Origin: Flavobacteriales bacterium
GTDB lineage: Bacteria > Bacteroidota > Bacteroidia > CAIKAF01
Assembly (NCBI GenBank): GCA_025451235.1
Contig: JANWKT010000034.1
Coordinates: forward strand, 77,014-141,013
Reading direction: 5' to 3'
DNA: 64,000 nucleotides
Part shown: one piece after another, positions 49,901 through 57,524 of the stretch
Layout of the letters: each line of letters opens with the position of its first letter
Numbering within the stretch: the stretch's first letter is position 1
Made by a program: the position numbers and the translations under genes
The notes under the pieces: generated by a model
Told to the model about the DNA's origin: nothing
Seen by the model: only the letters and a program-made list of their open reading frames with translations
Databases searched by the model: none

Positions 49901-49993
49901 TACCCTGTTTGTAACGAATGTAAAAGATAAGTGCCATATACAAGCCAGTGCAAGTAAAATTGCAAACACCTGTATCGCTCCTTTATTCTGCAT
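46955..49993 (-). CDS. secDF: Protein translocase subunit SecDF (fused)
   Basis: LGLDLKGG (SecD) and LGIDLKGG (SecF), VELPG, VGPSLG, DANVLIFERVKEE, GYS.NDT.IIFDRIRE. Confidence 0.97.
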   Translation of the reverse strand: MQNKGAIQVFAILLALACIWHLSFTFVTNRVESKVRAEAGDSLQLEQAMLDSMKGKVVFNLGIVKYTYDECKKREINLGLDLKGGMNVTLEVSIPDLLKAMANNSTDSAFTQALVRATELQSSTQKNYVDLFVQEFLILRPNGKLSSPGIFGHKEQSLIKQSMKNEEVIEILKKEAKDAIFRTYEVLNARIDQFGVTQPNIQLLEGTNRILVELPGVKDPTRVQELLQATAKLEFYETYENAEAYKFLDNVDKYLAKIDIVGGSDTLETDSVGGDSLQLTLNPGDSLKADSLKPDSLKRDSTDMMGMNMAEQEKLHPLWARMQYVSYTGEDQKDYLAPGPLVGISRSSDTALVNKYLRMPDVVKLLPKDLKLLWTKKSLNENAQDFGLVALRTLRGKPALEGDVIIDAEESQDPTKGGFMVTMKMNGDGAEAWAEITRRNAPQGGGRGRSIAIVLDDKVYSYPTVEGQIKGGISTITGNFTSDEAKTLASVLKAGKLPTPATIVEQAIVGPSLGKKAIRAGLFSLLIAFIVILAYIAFFYGKAGITADIALFTNMFFLIGSLAAWGATLTLPGIAGLVLTIGMSVDANVLIFERVKEELRNGKRLKIAIEDGYKKAYSAIIDANITLGIITLILMIFGAGPVKGFAVVLFVGILTSTFSSIFITRLIFEWQLKRNWNITFSTKLTENFMRSPKFNFVGKRKIFFIVSAIITVIGIFSFFTKGFNLGIDLKGGRSYTVVFDNNSKFTTSDIASALEVKFGSAPVVKYYGSTDRIKIMTKYMVDKNDTTVEKGIEKMLYEACAPFYETPPTLKDFVDKDNSYGLVESYKVGPTVARDVKFKSIYAIVLSLLMIFLYVLFRFKGWQFGLGALVALVHDVVVVLAVFSIFDGILPFSLEIDQAIIAAVLTVMGYSMNDTVIIFDRIREYIGEGKKGNMKELINSALNSTLGRTLNTSLNVFFVIIISFLFGGDGIKGFAFAMLIGILIGTYSSIFIATPIVVDLKKDKSLLPGAKK

Positions 49994-50038
49994 AATGCTT
50001 TACTTTTTTAACTTAAAACGTTTATAAAAAAATGAACG

Positions 50039-50046
50039 CAAAGATA
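50039..50046 (-). promoter_or_regulatory. -7 box upstream of secDF
   Basis: TATCTTTG on the minus strand, 45 nt before the ATG. Confidence 0.6.
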
Positions 50047-50072
50047 TAGGTTCAAACCGATATAACAAATTA

Positions 50073-50140
50073 TGTTTGAGGTTTGAAGGGTTTGAAGTCT
50101 GAGGGGTTTGAGGCTGAAACCGTGCTTCAAACCTCATACA
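50073..50140. repeat. Short tandem GTTTGA(A)G repeats closed by a 16-bp inverted repeat
   Basis: TGTTTGAGGTTTGAAG (50073-50088) matches the reverse complement of CTTCAAACCTCATACA (50125-50140) at 15/16. Confidence 0.6.
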
Positions 50141-50185
50141 TTGCTTTTCAGCCCAATAGACACAATCAACCCGGCAAGGCAGAAG

Positions 50186-50205
50186 CCAACACGCCGGCAG
50201 GCAGG
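50186..50205. repeat. GC-rich CCGGCAGGCAGG dispersed repeat
   Basis: Inverted copy of 38563-38582. Confidence 0.65.
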
Positions 50206-50332
50206 CTGCGGCCCCAGTTGGGATGGACTGCCCCTTGTGAGTAAAGCGAAGCACAGGAAAAGCCGCCCAGCATAGCATTTGGACGGCTTGGTATTTATAT
50301 CTATTTTTGAAGTATTGGCATTTCCCAAAAAA

Positions 50333-52534
50333 ATGAAAAAATACATACTGATTGTTGCGGCCTTGTTCTTACTTTCTATTCAAAATTTTGGGCAGGTATT
50401 CGGATTTTATAGAACCGATAGTATTACAGTAATTGATAACATATTGAGTACCAATGACACCCTAACCTTGGCCTGGTCGGGCGGATTGAGCCATTCTGAA
50501 TTTTCTTCCATTGATATTGACCTGGATGGTACCCTGGACCTATATGTTTTCGATCGGGTGGGCCATCGATTCATGGTCTTAAAAAACAACGGGATCCCCA
50601 ATACGGTAAGCTATAAAAATCATTGGGCGGATGATGCTTCCTTTCCTGGTATCGGTGAATGGGTTTTGTTAGAGGATTATGATGGGGATGGCAAAAACGA
50701 TATCTTCCATTATTGGAACGGAGGGATCAGCGTTTGGAAAAATGTTTCTGTACCAGGCACTGTTCAGTTTACGTTGACCAAATCACAGCTCTATTCTTAT
50801 TATAATCCCAATACATTGGTATTATATGTAAGCCCCGCCGATATTCCCGCCATTAGTGATATTGACTTAGATGGTGACCTGGATATTCTCACTTTTGGTT
50901 TTTCATCCGGTTGTGTTGAGTTCCATAAAAATCTATCGCAGGAAAATTATGGCAATAATGATAGTCTTGAATTTGTTTTGATCACCGATAACTGGGGGCT
51001 TTTTAGTGAAGGTGTTTCCTTATTTGATATTGGATTAGGTGATAGCTGCGATACAGGAAGGCATACTGGTTCGAATATATTGGCCATTGATATGAATGGT
51101 GACCACGATAAAGACCTGGTTTTAGGAGATGCTGGAGGAAGCAATATGGCCTACCTGAGAAATGGCGGCGATACCAGTTTTGCCCAAATAGATTTTGTTG
51201 ATCCCAATTTCCCACAAAATAACAATTCAACTCTACCCATCAACCTTACTTTATTTGCTTCGGCATTTTACCTGGATGTGAACAATGATGATAAAAAAGA
51301 TCTGCTGGTATCCAACAGTGCTCCGGGAAATGGAGAAACTTTTGAAAGTGTTTGGAGATATCGGAACATTGGAACTACAGACATTCCTGATTTTAAATTC
51401 GCTCAAAATAATTTTTTACAGGAGGAAATGATTGAATTAGGAGAAGGCTCTTATCCTGTTCTATTTGATTATAACCGCGATGGGTTAATGGACCTGGCGA
51501 TAGGCAATGTAACTTATTTTGGGTTACAAGGCCAGGTAGCTGTATTGCGTAATATTGGTAGCATATCTCAACCCGTTTATGAACTCATCAACCGGGATAT
51601 GGGAAGTGTAGGCACTCAGGCTATAAAAAATGTAGCTCCTACCTTTGGCGATATGGATGGTGACGGAGATGTGGATATGATCGTTGGTGAAACCACTGGA
51701 TATATTCATTATTATGAAAATACAGCTCCGGTTACTCCAAATTCACCTGCACAATTTAGTTTAACCTCTACCCAATATTTCTTGATAAAAGAAAATAGTT
51801 TTAGTACTCCCTTTATTATCGACCTGAACATGGATGGTAAAAATGATATTGTTTGCGGAGGTCGTTTAGGGAAGCTGAATTATTATGAAAATACGGGGAC
51901 TCCTACGGCTCCGAATTTCAGCAGTGTTCCTACCATTTCAAATTTAGGGAACGTGAATACGGTTGATCCGAATTTCAGCTCTTCAGGATATAGTATCCCC
52001 TGGTTTTTTACCCATAATGGTAAACTTGAATTATTCCTGGGAAGCTATTCAGGGAAAATTTATCATTATACGGATATATATGATGGATTAAATAATATTC
52101 AACCCATTTTTACCTGGGTAAGCGGTATTGTTGGTTATTATAAGGATGGGGTGAGAAGTGCCGTAACGGTGGGTGATCTCAACACGGATAGCTATCCCGA
52201 CCTGATCTATGGAAACCTGGGAGGAGGGGTCGACCTGCTATTTGGTGAATTTGCAGCCATTGGAATTGAAGAGGCGGGAGATCCTGATCAGGCATTTGTT
52301 ATTTATCCCAATCCCTCCTTCGACCAGGATGTTGTTTATATCAAGGCTAAAAAGGAGTTGAGCTTCCCGGTAGATATTGTGGTTTATGATGTTGCCGGCA
52401 GGGCAGTGAAATATTTGAAGGAATTTAACATCCAGCAAGGCATCAATATTCATGAGCTTTCGAACGGACTCTATATATTTGAAATGAGATATGGAAATAC
52501 TTTGGTATCAAAATTGAAGTTCATTAAACAATAA
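50333..52534 (+). CDS. FG-GAP/VCBS repeat protein with T9SS type A CTD
   Basis: Signal peptide (start MKKYIL); many DxDxDGxxD Ca-binding loops; 'IYPNPS...LSNGLYIF...KFIKQ'. Confidence 0.9.
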   Translation: MKKYILIVAALFLLSIQNFGQVFGFYRTDSITVIDNILSTNDTLTLAWSGGLSHSEFSSIDIDLDGTLDLYVFDRVGHRFMVLKNNGIPNTVSYKNHWADDASFPGIGEWVLLEDYDGDGKNDIFHYWNGGISVWKNVSVPGTVQFTLTKSQLYSYYNPNTLVLYVSPADIPAISDIDLDGDLDILTFGFSSGCVEFHKNLSQENYGNNDSLEFVLITDNWGLFSEGVSLFDIGLGDSCDTGRHTGSNILAIDMNGDHDKDLVLGDAGGSNMAYLRNGGDTSFAQIDFVDPNFPQNNNSTLPINLTLFASAFYLDVNNDDKKDLLVSNSAPGNGETFESVWRYRNIGTTDIPDFKFAQNNFLQEEMIELGEGSYPVLFDYNRDGLMDLAIGNVTYFGLQGQVAVLRNIGSISQPVYELINRDMGSVGTQAIKNVAPTFGDMDGDGDVDMIVGETTGYIHYYENTAPVTPNSPAQFSLTSTQYFLIKENSFSTPFIIDLNMDGKNDIVCGGRLGKLNYYENTGTPTAPNFSSVPTISNLGNVNTVDPNFSSSGYSIPWFFTHNGKLELFLGSYSGKIYHYTDIYDGLNNIQPIFTWVSGIVGYYKDGVRSAVTVGDLNTDSYPDLIYGNLGGGVDLLFGEFAAIGIEEAGDPDQAFVIYPNPSFDQDVVYIKAKKELSFPVDIVVYDVAGRAVKYLKEFNIQQGINIHELSNGLYIFEMRYGNTLVSKLKFIKQ

Positions 52535-52560
52535 TCAAAGGCCCCTTAAACAAAAACGCC

Positions 52561-53073
52561 ATGAAGAAATATTTTCTGCTATTCTTATTGATCAGCCCAT
52601 TTGCACTCAACTCAATAACCATTGAGGCTCAAACTACCGAAGAAGATTATCCTGTTGGAAAGATCAACCGGAGTATTTTTTTCAATCATAGCAACAAAGA
52701 AACCTATGAACCGGAATATGAACGGTACGTTCCTAATACGGATGCCGTTAAATACATCAAGGCACAAAAAGGAAAATTCCAGATAAAAATGATCATGGGA
52801 TTCTGGTGCGACGATAGCAAATTATATGTCCCCAGGTTGATCAAAGCATTGGATGTAGCGAAATGGGATACGGACGACAACGAGCAATTAAAAATATTTG
52901 GTGTTGATAAAAACAAAGAAGCGGGTTTTGAAGGATATAAATCGCTGAACATAACCAAAGTGCCAACGATCATTGTTTATTATAATGACCGGGAAATAGG
53001 CCGTATTGAAGAGATCCCCAAAGTTACGGTCGAAGAAGATCTGGTAAAGATCATGAAATCCATTGAATATTAA
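52561..53073 (+). CDS. Secreted thioredoxin-fold protein (single-Cys WCxDS)
   Basis: Signal peptide; 'GFWCDDSK..VP', cis-Pro 'VPTII', 'EIGRIEE.P'. Confidence 0.8.
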   Translation: MKKYFLLFLLISPFALNSITIEAQTTEEDYPVGKINRSIFFNHSNKETYEPEYERYVPNTDAVKYIKAQKGKFQIKMIMGFWCDDSKLYVPRLIKALDVAKWDTDDNEQLKIFGVDKNKEAGFEGYKSLNITKVPTIIVYYNDREIGRIEEIPKVTVEEDLVKIMKSIEY

Positions 53074-54107
53074 TGCCAGAGAAGAACCAATATCTCAATC
53101 CGAATTTTTTAAAAAAGAGTTTGTCGGAGTTAAACGTCTCCGAGCTTTTTCAAGAGATCAGAGATGGTAATATTGCTTCCTTAAGCAAAGGAATTACTTT
53201 GTTAGAAAGTGACCTGGATGATCATATTCAAAAATCCAATGAATTATTAAAGCTCTGTTTGCCTTATTCAGGCAATTCGATTAGAATTGGAATTACCGGA
53301 ATACCCGGTGCAGGAAAAAGTACATTTATCGAAGCTATTGGCCAACAAATTATCCAGGGAAAAAATAAGTTGGCTGTGCTGGCCATAGATCCAAGCAGCA
53401 GCCTGAGCAAAGGAAGTATTTTAGGTGACAAAACCCGGATGGAGGAATTGAGCAGAATGCCGGATGTATTCATCCGCCCTACTCCTACCTCGGGTAACCT
53501 GGGAGGTGTAGCCCGGGCCACCAAAGAATCCATGATCTTATGTGAAGCTGCAGGATTCAATGTGATCATGGTTGAAACAGTTGGTGTGGGTCAAAGTGAA
53601 ATTGAACTACATTATTTAACCGATATTTTTCTTCTTTTATTAATTCCTGGTGCAGGGGATGAATTGCAAGGGATCAAAAGAGGGATCATGGAGATGGCTG
53701 ATCTGATCCTGGTGAACAAAGCAGAAAAAGAGAATGCAGATGCAGCAAAAAGAGCGGTGAAACAATTGGAAAATGCCGTACATTATATGAGTCAAAATAA
53801 GTATGGCCGCTTCATCCATGTAGATGCTGTTTCCGCATTACAAGGACTCAATATTCAGGAAACCTGGGATAAAATAACCAAGGATATTTCTGCGTGGAAG
53901 GAAAATCATAGTTTCTCCGAGAAAAGAAAAGATCAGGCTGTATACTGGTTCGACCAATCGCTGCACAATGGGCTCCGGAATATTATTCACCAGCGCAACG
54001 ACTGGCAAAAGTTGTATGCCCACTTGAAAAAAGAAATTGAATCCGGAAAAACACATCCTTTTACCGCGGCGGATGAGATGCTGAACAAGATCATCAATGG
54101 TAAATAA
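53073..54107 (+). CDS. meaB: Methylmalonyl-CoA mutase-associated GTPase
   Basis: RIGITG.PGAGKST, AIDPSS, GSILGDKTRM, ETVGVGQSE, GDELQGIKRG, NKA. Confidence 0.93.
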   Translation: MPEKNQYLNPNFLKKSLSELNVSELFQEIRDGNIASLSKGITLLESDLDDHIQKSNELLKLCLPYSGNSIRIGITGIPGAGKSTFIEAIGQQIIQGKNKLAVLAIDPSSSLSKGSILGDKTRMEELSRMPDVFIRPTPTSGNLGGVARATKESMILCEAAGFNVIMVETVGVGQSEIELHYLTDIFLLLLIPGAGDELQGIKRGIMEMADLILVNKAEKENADAAKRAVKQLENAVHYMSQNKYGRFIHVDAVSALQGLNIQETWDKITKDISAWKENHSFSEKRKDQAVYWFDQSLHNGLRNIIHQRNDWQKLYAHLKKEIESGKTHPFTAADEMLNKIINGK

Positions 54108-55101
54108 GGTTAGGGGTAGCAAAGATTCCCTTTTTATTTTTCAGGTCCTCGTCGGTAAGACATTTCAGAAAACTCACCAAAGATTTTTTTTCGGCGTCTG
54201 TTAAGCCCAACGGTTTTACCCATTCGCTTTTATTGGGATGGTTTTTACCTCCCGAATTATAAAAATCAACTACTTCCTCTAAGGTAGCCATACTACCATC
54301 GTGCATATAGGGTGCTGTGAATTCTATGTTGCGCAAGCTGGGGGTTTTAAACCTGCCGGAGTCATTTGCCATTGAATTCACCCTTGCCAGGCCCGGATCA
54401 TCATACACCTCATACAAGCCAATGTTCTGAAAAGAGAAATCAGTAAATAAATTTCCGTTATGACATTGAGAACAATTCGTTTTTTCGCTGAAAAACAAAT
54501 CCTTTCCGGTGGTTTCTTCCTTGCTTAACTTAAGCTGGTCATAACGGCTGTTGGCAGAGATCAATGTTCTTTCATAACAGGCCAACACATATACAAAATG
54601 TTTTACATCCACTTCCTCACTAAATACTTCCTTAAATTTTTTGCTGTAGAATGGATTGCTGCGTAGACGATAGATCATTTTTTTCATTTCAGTACCCATT
54701 TCCTCCGCATGTAAACCTGGAGCAAGTGCTTGTGTTTCGAGATCAAATACTTTCCCTTCTGCAAAGAAATAAGGATAATAAGCAACATTTACCAGGCTAG
54801 GAGAATTCCTTTTGCCTACATTTCCCCTCATTCCTACCGGCATCTTTCTACCATCGGTAAATGCTCGTTCGGGAATATGACAAGACGAACAGGAAATCGT
54901 AGAATCATCAGAAATGATAGGATCAAAAAAAAGCAGTTCGCCCAATTTCACTTTTTTCTCTGTCAATGGATTATCATGCGGTATGGAAGGAGTTGAAAAG
55001 CCTTGAGGAACAACCAGGTTATAGGGCCTATCTGGTTTTTTACCACAAGAAAGAATGAGTAAAAACAAAAGGCATAGCTTCAAAATAAAATCGTTCTTCA
55101 T
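54094..55101 (-). CDS. Di-heme cytochrome c peroxidase/MauG family (MbnH-like) lipoprotein
   Basis: Two CxxCH (CSSCH, CSQCH), LG..LFFDP, RNSPSL.N, FKTPSLRN...TAPYMHDG. Confidence 0.9.
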   Translation of the reverse strand: MKNDFILKLCLLFLLILSCGKKPDRPYNLVVPQGFSTPSIPHDNPLTEKKVKLGELLFFDPIISDDSTISCSSCHIPERAFTDGRKMPVGMRGNVGKRNSPSLVNVAYYPYFFAEGKVFDLETQALAPGLHAEEMGTEMKKMIYRLRSNPFYSKKFKEVFSEEVDVKHFVYVLACYERTLISANSRYDQLKLSKEETTGKDLFFSEKTNCSQCHNGNLFTDFSFQNIGLYEVYDDPGLARVNSMANDSGRFKTPSLRNIEFTAPYMHDGSMATLEEVVDFYNSGGKNHPNKSEWVKPLGLTDAEKKSLVSFLKCLTDEDLKNKKGIFATPNLIYH

Positions 55102-55174
55102 CTCAACAAATTATTTTGCTGGCATTTAAAAGTAAAATGGGGTTTGTTGGTAATCTGAGTTAGGTATTTTTTAA

Positions 55175-55924
55175 TCATTCATAGAAATTGCCGAACACCA
55201 GGTTCGCATTATCCTGAATAGCTACCATATCATGGTAATCCGAAGAATTCGTATCCAAAGGATGGGCAAACGGATTAGCTGCCAGGTCATATAAATCGAA
55301 GAACCTGAGTACATCCATATCCACCTGGATGGTTTTGGGAGCATCATTCATGGTAAAAATATAGGTACGGCTTATAAATCTATAGGCTTCATCCACACCC
55401 GTATGAATACTAAAGGTTTCTCCCGGATCATTAAAATCAGTATCATCATTCAAGTCTTGCCTGCCTTCTAGCTTCATCCAGATATAACCAGGATTCCAGC
55501 TCCAATACATATTATTGGAAGCACTTAATGGATGATCTACACTATAACTAAATGCCTGTATGGCTTTAGATCCGTTTTGTGTATTCCTGCTTGAGTCAAC
55601 CCCAAATCCAAAAGCTACTCCATCAATGGTCCTTTTGCCAATATCACCTACCTCAAAAATATTGTTACCTCCCGCTTCTCCTAAAAAATAGGCATCATTG
55701 AAAGCGATCACATCTGCTCCGGAAGTAAATACAGGTTGACTGATATAGAACCTAAAAGAAGTAAACTGAATGGTAGTTGTATCCAATAAATAATTGGTAT
55801 TATATTGTAGCGGAGTAGTTCCGGCATTTACATTGAACTTGATGGATAATATATTGTTACCTGGTTCGTTTTCGCAGGAAAAAAGGAATAAAGCAAACAG
55901 AGAAAAGAGTAAATACTTTTTCAT
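55175..55924 (-). CDS. MbnP-family lipoprotein
   Basis: Lipobox LFS-C; 'FYISQ', 'FGFGVD', 'MYWSWNPGYIWMKLEG' WxW motif; directly upstream of the di-heme gene. Confidence 0.8.
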   Translation of the reverse strand: MKKYLLFSLFALFLFSCENEPGNNILSIKFNVNAGTTPLQYNTNYLLDTTTIQFTSFRFYISQPVFTSGADVIAFNDAYFLGEAGGNNIFEVGDIGKRTIDGVAFGFGVDSSRNTQNGSKAIQAFSYSVDHPLSASNNMYWSWNPGYIWMKLEGRQDLNDDTDFNDPGETFSIHTGVDEAYRFISRTYIFTMNDAPKTIQVDMDVLRFFDLYDLAANPFAHPLDTNSSDYHDMVAIQDNANLVFGNFYE

Positions 55925-55949
55925 ACCAACTATGTTTATCCAAATATAA

Positions 55950-57017
55950 TCAAAATAAATCTAATTGACCGTTTCCCGGGCGTTTAAACAGGGATAAATC
56001 ATAAGCCGGGATGTTTTTTCCATGGAAATATTTCTTTTTTGCAAGTACAAACATATTATTCAGGCTTTCAACAAACTTTCCTTCACCTCTCATCCTGGTT
56101 CCAAAACGACTGTCATTCAGTTTGCCCCCATGCGCCTGTTTTATCTGGCTCAGTACCCGATCTGCTTTATCCGGTAAAGCTTGCCGGATCCAATTCTCAA
56201 ACACCTCTCCTATTTTACCATTTAACCGAACAACGGTATAAGCAGCATCCAGGGCACCATGATCTGCTGATGCTTTTAAGATCGCCGGTAATTCATTGCT
56301 ATTGATAAAAGGGATCATGGGAGCCGCCATTACCCTTACCGGGATATTATGTTTCGATAAAACTTCCATGGTTTCTAATCTTCTTTTCAACGTGGCGGTT
56401 CTTGGTTCAAGCAATAACCTGGTTTCTTCTTTCAGAGAGGTCAAAGAAATATTTACATGGGCCAGGTTCAATTTAGCCATCTCCTGCAAAATATCCACAT
56501 CTCTTTGGATCAATGCATTTTTAGTGATCAAGCCAACGGGGTGTTTATATTCTAACAGAATTTCAAGGATCTGCCGGGTGATCTTGTATTTTTTTTCGGC
56601 CGGCTGGTAACAATCCGTATTACCTGAGAGCATAATTACATCCACTTTCCAATTCTTATTGTTCAATTGTTTCCTCAATACCTGGGCAGCATTTTCTTTT
56701 ACGATGATCTTTGATTCAAAATCGATCCCTGCATTATAGCCATAATACTCATGGGTATTACGGGCATAGCAATAAATGCATCCATGCTCGCAGCCCTGGT
56801 ATGGGTTCATGGAATACATAAGACCAATATCAGGACTATCCACTTTATTGATCATTTTTTTAGGATGCTCGATCAGGTACATGGTTTTGGCATCAATGGC
56901 CCATGCCTCATCCAAACCTTCGCTATGGTCTGTTACATATTCCTGTTTTAGGAACTGGTTCTTGGTGTGGATCTGTGCCCCTCTTCCTTTTATAAACTCA
57001 TGATGCTTTAGGCTCAT
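55950..57017 (-). CDS. PA0069-family (SplB-like) radical SAM protein
   Basis: 'KGRGAQ', 'SMNPYQGCEHGCIYCYAR' CxxxCxxC, 'TDCYQP.E', 'RMRGEG', terminal 'QLDLF'. Confidence 0.92.
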   Translation of the reverse strand: MSLKHHEFIKGRGAQIHTKNQFLKQEYVTDHSEGLDEAWAIDAKTMYLIEHPKKMINKVDSPDIGLMYSMNPYQGCEHGCIYCYARNTHEYYGYNAGIDFESKIIVKENAAQVLRKQLNNKNWKVDVIMLSGNTDCYQPAEKKYKITRQILEILLEYKHPVGLITKNALIQRDVDILQEMAKLNLAHVNISLTSLKEETRLLLEPRTATLKRRLETMEVLSKHNIPVRVMAAPMIPFINSNELPAILKASADHGALDAAYTVVRLNGKIGEVFENWIRQALPDKADRVLSQIKQAHGGKLNDSRFGTRMRGEGKFVESLNNMFVLAKKKYFHGKNIPAYDLSLFKRPGNGQLDLF

Positions 57018-57164
57018 ATAGTACGATAAATAAGTTGTCAATATTCTTATCTATAATGTACCATCAAATGATATACTTTTTATCAGACCTCAAAAAAGAA
57101 ATGAACAAATAAATATTTTCTTGATTGGAAAACTGTCATGGCGGCTGGCCGCTGTTTCATATAT

Positions 57165-57269
57165 TTTTTTATTTGCCATCACCATTGTTTACAATCGTTA
57201 GCATATCCCACTACTTAAGTCGTGGGTCAAGCCAACGAAAAACAATAAGGTGCGGTGGCAAATAAAAAA
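57165..57269. repeat. About 105-bp imperfect palindrome with CCCAC.ACTTAAGT.GTGGG core
   Basis: 14-bp perfect terminal arms TTTTTTATTTGCCA/TGGCAAATAAAAAA; core at 57207-57226. Confidence 0.7.
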
Positions 57270-57524
57270 GGATTCAGCTACATACCGGGCTTGCATAATC
57301 ACCTTGTAAGTAGTGCTGCTGGCAAAAATATCCAAACAAATCTCCTGGTTCCAGGATTCCTATTAAAAAAATGTTGAATGCTCTTCACAATTTTACTTCT
57401 ATGAATAAATTACCTATATTCTTTTTGCCTGACTATCAGGCGATTCCTTGATTCAACTCATTTTCTTCATACTAAAGGGAAAGAGGTCTGAGTTTATATC
57501 ACGTTCACCCCTTAACTGCATGTT

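Noticed and set aside
57121-57201. 26-codon hydrophobic TTG-start ORF (LIGKLSWRLAAVSYIFLFAITIVYNR)
   Set aside because: Too short, overlaps the palindrome arm, and has no other support.
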